Shown: positions 22,201 to 31,072, counted from the stretch's first letter. The stretch is 56,564 nucleotides of DNA from an uncultured virus (IMG/VR IMGVR_UViG_3300032038_000023) (IMGVR_UViG_3300032038_000023), one strand, 5' to 3'. Numbers and translations are program-made. The notes: generated by a model from the letters alone, not told the origin.

Positions 22201-24114
22201 ACAGCCACAACTTAGAGTCTTTAGTATCAATAGGGCGGCTTTTAGAAGGCGGCTGAGGCAATTTAGCCGGATAAGACCTTAACATTTGATCTACTTTAGG
22301 AGACGTTTGATAAGAATAAGGATATTATTCTTAATACGGCAAATCAGTAGGTCACATGGGATGGCACTGGAATTACAGTTGGTGATAGTGCTAACTCGGC
22401 AAATAAATTACGCATCATGTCCGGCGGTCTGTTCATATCGAATGATGGTGGCCTTACTTGGAAGAATGCGATTCGTGGTGATGGAATTAGCGCGGATGTG
22501 CTGACAGCAGGCCGCATAAATACGAGTTAGATATTTGTATATGATGGTAATCATCCTACCTTTAGATGGGATAGTCAAGGAATCAACGCATATTATGTAA
22601 CTGGAACTACGCCAAACTTTGGTAAGTTTGTTAGATTTGATTAGTTTGGTGTCTATGGTTATAATGGCACGAATGACTTTAAACCATCTACTGAAGATGC
22701 GATTTGGGCGACCAATTCTGGTGTTAAGTTTGGACTTACTTGGAGGGGATTCTTTTTAAGAGGTTCAAGTGGTAATTCAAGTTTAGAGATCTCAGATAAT
22801 GGTAGTGGAATTGTATTCTTGATGAAGAATGCGATTGGGAATAACTCGCTTGAGATTTCTACTTCGAATGATATTGTGCTGAAGACTGGAACGGTTAATC
22901 GAGTTTAGATTGGTAGATTGACTCCTTCGAATCCGAATACAGAATATGGTATTTGGGTTAGAGATGCAAGTGGAAATAATATATTTAATGTTAGTTCTAG
23001 TGGAACGAACTCAATCGGTGGTTGGACGTTAACGAGAAATTCGTTTTATCACACAGTTTCTGGTACTGGCACGATTGGTTTCTATTCAGAAGGTACTTCG
23101 GCTACTATACAAGGTGTTACTAAGAGTTTCTACATTTTAGCTGGTAGTAGTTTTGGTGTTACTGCCAATGGAGAAGTATATGCTAGCGCTGGTAAGATTG
23201 GTGGGTGGACGATTAATTCTGACACACTTACTGGTGGAAATGTTACTATTAATTCAAATGGTAATATTAGCTGTACAACTAATGGCTCTTTAAAATGGGC
23301 ATTATATAATAATGGTGATGCTACATTTCACAATATAACTGCTGATGGCGGAACAATTGCTGGTTGGCATATTACTCAAGATGAAATTTCTAACCAAAAT
23401 GGTACGGCACTTTAGAGTTCAAGCTATAGCGTAAATAGATACACAATTACTACTAATAGTATTAATGCTTCTGGTGGTTCGATTGGTGGTTGTACACTAA
23501 GTTCTGGTGGACTTAGTGGTACTGGTTGGTCACTTGGTGGTAGCGGTGGCTCTGTCGGTGGATGGAGTATTAGTAGTGGTTCATTGTCAAGTGGTGGTAT
23601 TACATTAAATTCTAGCGGTTCAATTACTATTGGCGGCTCATCCTTAGTGGCAGGTAGTAAAAGTGATATTACTATTAATAGCAACTTAACAGTTTCTAAC
23701 TGGTGTGCTATTGGTGGTACTTTAGATGTAGCAGACTAGATACGTACACTTGAAGATGTTAAAATCAATGGAAGCGTACTTGACTCAGATGATGTCGATT
23801 ATCTTCATTGGTTAAGCAATAACTGGGGCTACACAAGCCCTGAATCGGTGCGGAGGGCGGGAATTGCAAGCGTGTACGTTGAAAGCTGTAGTGGATTTGA
23901 TGATGGCTCATACAATAAACGGACTGGTAGAACTTAGTTATCATTTACAATTAATCTCGAAGGTGAATTAGCAGATGGTACTGAAGTTGCTGGTCGTTCA
24001 TAGGATGTTACATATTATGTTCCTACAAGCGATGCTTATGATACTGGTGTATCAGATGGTGAATCACATTTTACATATGTCGGTGACAAAAAAGGTGATT
24101 ATACACGCAATTAA
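19246..24114 (+). CDS. Tail tip/central fibre (Tal-like) protein, about 1622 aa with many TAG
   Basis: GAGG RBS. Track ORFs 20239, 21757 and 22918 share the frame ending at TAA 24112-24114. N-terminal ENINGTHTFTF, a coiled coil, and C-terminal Gly/Ser-rich IGGWxI repeats. Confidence 0.75.
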
Positions 24115-24118
24115 AAAT

Positions 24119-24155
24119 AAAAAAGACGTAAGAAATAAATCTTACGTCTTTTTTT
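24119..24155. terminator. Bidirectional intrinsic terminator between convergent modules
   Basis: AAAAAAGACGTAAGA-AATAAA-TCTTACGTCTTTTTT with A and T tracts on either side. Confidence 0.85.
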
Positions 24156-24513
24156 ATTCATCAATTATAATTGGCATCAAATCAGTAATAATGGAGAAGT
24201 CAATTACATCAGTATCAAAATCTGCTAACTTAATTTTTGTAATAAGTGCTTTATTTTCAATTTCTCCCAATTGAGTTAAATCTTGATTTAAAGCTTCAAT
24301 GTTTTCTTTTGGTACTTCAACATTACCATCTTCTTTTCTATTGCCGTGTTTTAAAAACAGTTTATATTGTTCTTTTTCAATTACTTCTGCAAGTGGCTGC
24401 AATACTTTTAAATCCTTAGCTAGTACGTAGCTTAATTTTACTCCAAGTTTCATATTGGAATCATATATTTTGTTGATTCCTTTATAAACTTGCATTATTT
24501 CATTATTCGTCAT
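24154..24513 (-). CDS. Hypothetical helical protein, possibly DUF1617-like, 119 aa
   Basis: Intact ORF. Family resemblance is by eye only. Confidence 0.55.
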   Translation of the reverse strand: MTNNEIMQVYKGINKIYDSNMKLGVKLSYVLAKDLKVLQPLAEVIEKEQYKLFLKHGNRKEDGNVEVPKENIEALNQDLTQLGEIENKALITKIKLADFDTDVIDFSIITDLMPIIIDE

Positions 24514-24703
24514 GCTCGATATTAGTTACAGTAATACTATCTAAAAAGGCCAAGCATTGCTGTTTCACGCTTTTTTGACAGTCTAAGCAAACTTCTCTAT
24601 GCTCGCTTAATTGACCACCCATATCAATTCTAAGTGTCTGCCAGTTTTCAACCACTCGGCCGCACGTATCACACGTACAAACAATCATATTCTTCTCCTC
24701 CAT
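24503..24703 (-). CDS. Small Cys-containing putative Zn-binding protein, 66 aa
   Basis: CDTCG and CLDC pairs. Confidence 0.55.
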   Translation of the reverse strand: MEEKNMIVCTCDTCGRVVENWQTLRIDMGGQLSEHREVCLDCQKSVKQQCLAFLDSITVTNIEHDE

Positions 24704-24704
24704 T

Positions 24705-24983
24705 TTACTTTAACCAAAAATCCATATAAAACGGAACGCTCATAGGATCTAACTGCCCTATAAACTTGATTCCGCCTCTATAAGTCTCCCAACTCCAATC
24801 CGACATCTGCGCGGACTGTGGGTCGATTTTTGGCGCCTTTTCGGCATCCATTAATCCATCATTCAACTAATGAAGTTCCGTTATCATCGGATCTTCAATT
24901 ACTACAGGCATCTGTCTTATATCTTCCGCAAACACATGAAGTTCAGTTGATAACAGACTATCATATTCTACTTTATGTGTCAT
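24705..24983 (-). CDS. Hypothetical protein, 92 aa with one TAG (absent from the track)
   Basis: ATGA overlap with the resolvase stop. Reads MTHKVEYDSLL...TELH(Q)LNDG...FYMDFWLK and fills the gap exactly. Confidence 0.55.
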
Positions 24984-25708
24984 TCTTCATTCTCCCAATC
25001 GACTATCTCAACTTTTGGAGTCTATATATCGCTAAAGTATTTTCCGATGCCTATTGCATCTGCTTCGTCTTCTTCTACTTTAAGCTAAAACCATTCATCA
25101 ATCAAACGCTACATACTACGTTTGCGGTCTGGTCTACTCTTACCCTAGACTCCGCAATGATTTCTCCACGTATTCGTGGATACAATCTTATATTTAATTT
25201 TTTCTTCAACACAAGTCGCCGCCAAAACTCCCTAAAGCCGCGCGAGTGTTTCAAAAGTTGTTACTCCCATTTCTTTTTGGTACTAAATTCCTTCAATACC
25301 TACAAAGTCGATTTCGTACTAATCAATTAATGAGATCATCCACTACTTTACCTATACACATCTTTCGATTTGGTCTTCGCTAGTAGCTTCAAAAACTCCA
25401 TAGTCTATTAAATTTTTATTACTAAAAACAGCATAACCGCTTATATGCGTTGCTTGGTCTAATGCGAGTATTCTATACTCGTTCTTTTTCTTTTTTGTAT
25501 TACGAAACTCTTTTGTTTTTAGACGCTCACGCATACAGGTCGGGCATATTCTGTTCTCTCTTATTTTCTTATACGGCGCCATTACCGTATGACCGGCCGC
25601 GCATCTAAACTCCAAGTTAGTGTCGAGATTCTTATAGGTATCGCTGATAAGCGTCCACCCATCGGCTGAAACTACCTATCGAATCTCGTCAATACTTATG
25701 CGCGCCAT
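24980..25708 (-). CDS. RuvC-like Holliday junction resolvase with N-terminal Zn-ribbon, 242 aa with 10 TAG
   Basis: RILALDQATHISGYAVF, VGIEGI(Q)YQ, LARL(Q)GVL, TWRNHCGV and EDEADAIGIG carry the RuvC acidic catalytic residues. N-terminal C..GH and CPTC. Confidence 0.85.
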
Positions 25709-26611
25709 TTAACTCACTCCAGTACTTCCAAAACCAGCACCGTGGCCTTCACTCAGATCGAGTTTACCGAGTGAACTTACTTGCTTCCACTGAACACGTG
25801 GGACTTGTACAAGCCGCATCTGTGCGAATCGTTCGCCTTTACCAATTGTAATATCGCCGCCATGAAGTTTTACTAAATCAATATGATCACTTACTGGATC
25901 AATATCTACATCTTTTATTCGCTGATCAGTATTCTCTATAATGACTCCAATCTCTTCATGATAATCTTCATCAATAAGACCAGGAGCATTTGGAATACGG
26001 ATCTTCATGCGTGCGCTCATACCAGAACGTGGCTGGATAAGGAGCGCGTACCCATGGGGTATTGCAACTTTAATACCAATAGGAATTATAACTGTCTGGC
26101 CGCATTTAATTGTATATTCCTCTGGTGAATAAATGTCCATTGCACCAGATCCATTCGTAGCATAAGTAGGAAGCTTTGCACCTTCTCTACAAATCTCAAC
26201 TGGAATGCTTACGACATGAGCAGGATTAATCTGTGAAAGTTCAAGTGCATTACGAAGAGCAGTAAAGATAAACTTGAAGAAGTCTTTCTTTGGTTCACTA
26301 AGATTAATACCTTCGCCAATAATAGCCTCAAACATTTCATCTGTATGATTAAGTACATCGTCTAATGAAATCCCCGACTGCGCGAGTGCTTGAATCATTT
26401 GAAGCTGGACTTGTGGGTCATTATAGGCTTCTACGAAAGAGTCTTGAACGAGTGGCCGAATTATCTCAAAATCTGCATCTGGAAGACTTAGTAACATACT
26501 GATAAATGCCATACCAGTTGGTGTATCAGTATCGTCATATAACTTACTAAGTTCGTCTACTGCTTGTGGGCTTAATCCATTAACTACTTCTTTTATATTA
26601 TTCTCATCCAT
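25709..26611 (-). CDS. dut: Trimeric dUTPase with a ~130-aa N-terminal extension
   Basis: SGAMDI, QPRSG, GLIDEDY, ERFAQ and GFGSTG motifs. Confidence 0.9.
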   Translation of the reverse strand: MDENNIKEVVNGLSPQAVDELSKLYDDTDTPTGMAFISMLLSLPDADFEIIRPLVQDSFVEAYNDPQVQLQMIQALAQSGISLDDVLNHTDEMFEAIIGEGINLSEPKKDFFKFIFTALRNALELSQINPAHVVSIPVEICREGAKLPTYATNGSGAMDIYSPEEYTIKCGQTVIIPIGIKVAIPHGYALLIQPRSGMSARMKIRIPNAPGLIDEDYHEEIGVIIENTDQRIKDVDIDPVSDHIDLVKLHGGDITIGKGERFAQMRLVQVPRVQWKQVSSLGKLDLSEGHGAGFGSTGVS

Positions 26612-26828
26612 CTAAATCGTCCCAGACCTCCCCATAAATCTTTGTGGCACTTACAACCCAAGCTTCTGCGATAATTTCGCCTTTGGCTTTCTTGGTTTTG
26701 TACTTATATCCATTTGCTCCAAGAGTATATCCTTCTTTTTGCTGATTCGCACGAAGTTCTTCAAGGGCTTGAATTGCCTCTTCTTCACTATAGGCTTTAA
26801 ATTCTTCTGTAATCTTTAACTTTCTCAT
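26604..26828 (-). CDS. Hypothetical protein, 74 aa
   Basis: Intact ORF tightly packed in the operon. Confidence 0.6.
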   Translation of the reverse strand: MRKLKITEEFKAYSEEEAIQALEELRANQQKEGYTLGANGYKYKTKKAKGEIIAEAWVVSATKIYGEVWDDLDG

Positions 26829-26829
26829 T

Positions 26830-27093
26830 TTAATCTCCTACTGCATTCATAACATCGCCGCAACAAGTAACTTTATATGGATCAATTGGGGTTTTATTTG
26901 TATCCCAAGTTATTGTAGGATTTGGTGTAGTAGTAATTGGAATATTCCACCAATCATATCGTTTACAACTTGCAACTCCTTCATTATAACCTTCTTTGCG
27001 GCCTGCTTCATAAGCGTCATTTATATAGTCTTCAAATTCTTCTCTGGTAAGTTTTATTTCTTTATTTGTTACATAAAATACAATCGGTTTCAT
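26830..27093 (-). CDS. Hypothetical protein, 87 aa
   Basis: Intact ORF with an AYEAGRKEGYNEG segment. Confidence 0.6.
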   Translation of the reverse strand: MKPIVFYVTNKEIKLTREEFEDYINDAYEAGRKEGYNEGVASCKRYDWWNIPITTTPNPTITWDTNKTPIDPYKVTCCGDVMNAVGD

Positions 27094-27096
27094 AAA

Positions 27097-27828
27097 TCAC
27101 CCCATAAAGATCTGAGCGCCATACGTAACGCCATCACTAATATAAATTCCAATTGCTGTTTCAGTAAAGTCAGCATTAAGAATATTTGCGCGATGGCCTT
27201 CGGAATTCATCCAGCTATTTACTAATGCCTTTGCAGTTGCAATTGGATTATCTGCCTTAATCAGATTCTCACCAACTACACTATAATCAATTTCTTCAAC
27301 TACAGTAAAACAAGAAGTACCATCTGGCCGCGTATGTGAGAACTGTTCAGCACATTCTCTAGCACGTATATCTGCGGCATTTTGAAGTTCCATATTATAA
27401 TTTAATTCATTCAATCCCGCATTTTTACGTTCTTCATTTACCAATTTAAAAATTTCTTCAATAAGTTCTTTCTTATCAGAAGACGCGGCTGGTGTTTTAT
27501 CAACATCTTCTTTATTAGTTGGTTCATCTACATCTTTATTAGTTTCTACAGTTGAAGTATTTGTATCTTTAGTTTCTTCTTTCTTCGTTTCTTCTTTATC
27601 AGTATTAGTATTTGTGGTAACTGGCGCACTATAATATGGATTATGATAGTACGGAATTACTACAGTTGTTCCATCTGGAGTCGTATACATATACACATAT
27701 CCAGTATCAATCATCCCAGGCGTCGCTCCATCCGGCTGAATCTTACTTACATCCGTTTCCGCATGAGCCGCCGCGCAAATACCAATCAGCAAACAAATAT
27801 AAAACAGAAAGCTCAAAATCTTCTTCAT
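27097..27828 (-). CDS. Secreted CAP/SCP-domain protein
   Basis: Signal peptide ending AAAHA, low-complexity T/E/K linker, then LVNEERKNAGL, FSHTRPDG, GENL and WMNSEGHRANIL. Confidence 0.9.
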   Translation of the reverse strand: MKKILSFLFYICLLIGICAAAHAETDVSKIQPDGATPGMIDTGYVYMYTTPDGTTVVIPYYHNPYYSAPVTTNTNTDKEETKKEETKDTNTSTVETNKDVDEPTNKEDVDKTPAASSDKKELIEEIFKLVNEERKNAGLNELNYNMELQNAADIRARECAEQFSHTRPDGTSCFTVVEEIDYSVVGENLIKADNPIATAKALVNSWMNSEGHRANILNADFTETAIGIYISDGVTYGAQIFMG

Positions 27829-29051
27829 TCTGCTTTCTCCTTTAAAATCAAATTCAAAACAATACCAGCAATCAGTGCCAGTGCAGTACCACTCAGACTA
27901 AATGTATCATTTCCAAGTACGATCCCGCTAATACCAAGCGACAATACAACCGAGCAAATAATCAAATTCTTCTGATTGTCCAGATCAACTTCCTTTAAAA
28001 GTTTAATACCACTTGAACTAATAAATCCATACAGCACACAAGCAGTGCCACCACCGATTACACAACTCGGAATACTCGCAATAAAAGCTTGAACCGGTTC
28101 CAAAAATCCCAGCAGCGTCATCATTGTCGCGGCAGTCGCAGTTACAACAGTCGCAGCGCATTTACTAAATCCAACAGCGCCAATTCCTTCGCCATAGCTA
28201 CAAGCACCCAGTCCGCCGAACAACGAAGTCACAATATTTGCAATGCCTTCACCAATAAAGATATGTCCAAGACCTGGGTCTTTATATAAATCTTTTCCTA
28301 TAATATTTCCAAGTGCTTTTGTATCACTCAAGCACTCACAAATCGCACTCACAGTAAAAGCTGCATACAGCACAATGATTGGCAGCATTGCTTTAAACTC
28401 AACTGCTTTCATTGACATAAATGCCAGTGTAGGAAATCTAAAGAAGTGAATACCTTTAAATACTGAAAAATCGACAAGCCCAAATGGGATCGACACAATA
28501 TATCCAACCAGAATACCAATCAGAAATGGGAACATTTTCAGCGCGCCTTTAAAATAATGGCTTGACAGCGCAACTGTTAATACAGTAATAAATGCAATTA
28601 CAATCCCTAAATTTCCAGTATCACCGATATATCCTGGAATAAATCCCATCAGATTAATACCAATTACAATCGTAACTGATCCAATCAATACTTTCGGCAT
28701 CACCTTATATAAATTCTCAACTGGAATTCTACTAAAGATAATACCAAAGATCACATACACTAAACAACTAATAGCGCCACCAATAGCAACAGCCGTATAT
28801 CCACCTGCGGCCAGTGCAGCAAGCACAGGAGCCACAAATGCGCCGCTGTTACTAATAAACATTGGTGACTTAAAGCCAGTAATCAATAAATAAATCCAAG
28901 TTGCCATACCAGCGCCAAAGAACGCACCAGAAAGCGGCACGCCGCACACTTGTCCAATCAACGCTGTCGCAGTAAAGCAACTTAGCATTAGCTGTAATGC
29001 AAATAGAAGTGTTTTACCAAGAGGAGGCCTATCATTTACATTATAAACCAT
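27825..29051 (-). CDS. NCS2/NAT-family nucleobase permease (UraA/PyrP-like)
   Basis: Highly hydrophobic 408 aa with SNSGAF, SYGEGIG and SIPSCVIGG..LYGFISSSGIK motifs. Confidence 0.85.
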   Translation of the reverse strand: MVYNVNDRPPLGKTLLFALQLMLSCFTATALIGQVCGVPLSGAFFGAGMATWIYLLITGFKSPMFISNSGAFVAPVLAALAAGGYTAVAIGGAISCLVYVIFGIIFSRIPVENLYKVMPKVLIGSVTIVIGINLMGFIPGYIGDTGNLGIVIAFITVLTVALSSHYFKGALKMFPFLIGILVGYIVSIPFGLVDFSVFKGIHFFRFPTLAFMSMKAVEFKAMLPIIVLYAAFTVSAICECLSDTKALGNIIGKDLYKDPGLGHIFIGEGIANIVTSLFGGLGACSYGEGIGAVGFSKCAATVVTATAATMMTLLGFLEPVQAFIASIPSCVIGGGTACVLYGFISSSGIKLLKEVDLDNQKNLIICSVVLSLGISGIVLGNDTFSLSGTALALIAGIVLNLILKEKAE

Positions 29052-29250
29052 TTGATTCTCTTTCCTCCAATTCTTTCTCTAAGATTTTAATCATTATTTC
29101 AATTTGTTCATCTGTAAAGTTTCTTATAAAATTTACATCATTCGGAATTATAAGTACAAGTTCATCTTGGACGGCCGCACGAACTTGGTCAGCGACCAAT
29201 TGTAACTATTCTGGACCATACTTATGGAAGTCACATTGAAGAACAATCAT
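29041..29250 (-). CDS. Hypothetical protein, 69 aa with one TAG (absent from the track)
   Basis: ATGA overlap with the NDT stop. Reads MIVLQCDFHKYGPE(Q)LQLVADQVRAAVQDEL...ESNGL and overlaps the permease start. Confidence 0.55.
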
Positions 29251-29756
29251 TTATTACACCATTCTTTAATAGCTTTAATTGCATCATCTATATTCGATAC
29301 AAGCACCCCATACTCTTTAATAAGTCCAGTCACATAAAGATTCTGGTAACTATACTGCTGTTCTCCAAGACTGGCCGCGCCTCCAAGATCTTTCGCTTCA
29401 CTATGGGTCAGCGCGCATTGGCGTGTATCGGTGCAAATACCAACAATAAACTTCCTATCACCACGCGCGATCTTCTCATGGAACTTACCGATCTCTGCGC
29501 ACGTCCCCGCGGGTAATACGTCCCCATCTATACAAGCAATTAATACATCTGTCTTATCCAGACGCTCATTATCTGCCATTGCGATCTCTTTACTTCCCGC
29601 AAATTTCTTTTTTCCTTCAACGCCATTAATATCTGTATTCTCTACTGGAGAGTACAAATCAATTCCCGGAAAAGCTTCTCTTATTTTCGCAGCCCACTCA
29701 GTATTCCTAAGATAGTCGCCATAACAGAAGATTCCGCCAGCTAAATAAGCTTTCAT
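29247..29756 (-). CDS. Nucleoside 2-deoxyribosyltransferase/N-glycosidase family protein
   Basis: YLAGGIF, YSP, DVLIACIDG and GTCAEIG with the family's catalytic Glu. Confidence 0.8.
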   Translation of the reverse strand: MKAYLAGGIFCYGDYLRNTEWAAKIREAFPGIDLYSPVENTDINGVEGKKKFAGSKEIAMADNERLDKTDVLIACIDGDVLPAGTCAEIGKFHEKIARGDRKFIVGICTDTRQCALTHSEAKDLGGAASLGEQQYSYQNLYVTGLIKEYGVLVSNIDDAIKAIKEWCNK

Positions 29757-29798
29757 ATCCTTTACTCCTTATAATAAATCTCTTCCATTTACATATTT

Positions 29799-29827
29799 AT
29801 TATATCATAAATGGAAGAGAAAGTCAA
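29799..29827 (-). promoter_or_regulatory. Sigma-A-type promoter with extended -10
   Basis: TTGACT-17-TATAAT preceded by TG. An inverted repeat at 29779-29790/29809-29820 brackets the -10. Confidence 0.8.
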
Positions 29828-29829
29828 AT

Positions 29830-30312
29830 TTAAGATTCTAAATATTCAATTTTCTTTCCGAGTTGAGTTGCCCAATTTATTTCACTTCGAGTTGAATTTC
29901 CAATATATCCATCTACATTTATAATATAGATAAGATCTGCTTCTGCTATTTTTGCTTTATGGACTTCATCGAGATACTTCTTTTGAATCTCACTTACTTC
30001 ATCGCCACTATGTACAAAAACCATCGGCATTGTGACAATACATCCTTTAAGTGTTAAATCGCGCGCGACTTCGAAAAATTTATCCTTAAATTTGGTACTA
30101 CCGCATAAACATACTTTTGGGCTTTTTAGAATCTTATAGTACCGCTTCCCTAAACAATAGCCAGCTTCGGCTTGGTTTTTGAATTTGTCACATATGCAAG
30201 TTGAGTTAGGTGCATATGGACAAATTCCATTATTATCTTCGATAACTTTTTCGACTTCTTTCCTATGAATAAAATCAGGGTTTTGAATTATTTCATATTC
30301 AGTCGCCATCAT
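29830..30312 (-). CDS. Fusion of a Cys-rich ferredoxin-thioredoxin-reductase-like domain and an NDT-fold domain
   Basis: NNGICPY..CICDKF..GYC..RYYK followed by LCGSTKF...HKAKIAEADLIYIINVDGYIGNSTRSEI. Start moved to the ATG after a GAGGA RBS. Confidence 0.55.
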   Translation of the reverse strand: MMATEYEIIQNPDFIHRKEVEKVIEDNNGICPYAPNSTCICDKFKNQAEAGYCLGKRYYKILKSPKVCLCGSTKFKDKFFEVARDLTLKGCIVTMPMVFVHSGDEVSEIQKKYLDEVHKAKIAEADLIYIINVDGYIGNSTRSEINWATQLGKKIEYLES

Positions 30313-31072
30313 TGAGTTCCTCAGACGAATCTTCTCCACTATCTATTGCTAGATATACACGTTTATACATCTCCTCATAATATTGCCATACGGGGTAGAG
30401 ATAGTTATTCTTACTACTATCCCATGGCTTATTAGGAGTACCATGAAAGATCATAGGTTTGGTAGCCATACCGGTATACATATTTGAATTATATGTCTGC
30501 GGCAGTAGCATTATATGGCCTTTACAAATATAATTTAACGCATCTTGATCTGGCCAAGATAGCGACACTACATTCATAAAGTCACTAAGTTGTTCAGCTA
30601 TATGGTGTTTACGCATTAAATCCAGATCCATAATGCAAACACCAGTATTTACATAAGGTTCATTAAAATGTAAAATATTATTATTGGGATAAGTCTTCTG
30701 AAATTCTGGAGTTGCAAGAATATAATTATCTCGCATATCCCAACTCCACACATCATCTAAGTTTCCATTAAAGATTAAATCTACGTCACAAGAAATAACC
30801 TTTGGCTCATCAGTAAGAATAACTGGCAAATATGCGCGAACAAGTGACATATATGTACAAAACCGTCTAAGGTTTGGATTAGTATCGCGCACATCTAATT
30901 CGAGATCAGCTACATTTATTACTTTAAGCTGAGAACTTTTAAAGTAAGGAAACTCGCTGTCTTCGAGTATTAAATACACAAATGCATCTGGATTATGATG
31001 CCAAAGTGATGTAAGAGTAATTGCCAGTTTATCATATAAATTTCTTGTTGCACAAAAACAAACTTTAATCAT
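30299..31072 (-). CDS. Glycosyltransferase family 8
   Basis: DxD motif (CDVDL), YVNTGV, DQDALN and H...KPW. Confidence 0.85.
   Translation of the reverse strand: MIKVCFCATRNLYDKLAITLTSLWHHNPDAFVYLILEDSEFPYFKSSQLKVINVADLELDVRDTNPNLRRFCTYMSLVRAYLPVILTDEPKVISCDVDLIFNGNLDDVWSWDMRDNYILATPEFQKTYPNNNILHFNEPYVNTGVCIMDLDLMRKHHIAEQLSDFMNVVSLSWPDQDALNYICKGHIMLLPQTYNSNMYTGMATKPMIFHGTPNKPWDSSKNNYLYPVWQYYEEMYKRVYLAIDSGEDSSEELNDGD

Noticed and set aside
1..24114. Reading the fragmented structural genes as pseudogenes of a decayed prophage
   Set aside because: All interruptions seen are TAG, with no frameshifts or TAA/TGA, and RBSs and gene overlaps are intact. Random decay would not give this.
531..24114. 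TAG as pyrrolysine or another special residue
   Set aside because: TAG is far too frequent, falls at Gln-type motif positions, and no pyl genes are present in the window.
23700..24114. Diversity-generating retroelement target at the tail tip C-terminus
   Set aside because: No reverse transcriptase and no near-identical template repeat differing at adenines were seen in this window.
24818..25330. 170-aa + strand ORF in the track
   Set aside because: It is antisense to the TAG-recoded resolvase, which has clear catalytic motifs and coupled neighbours.
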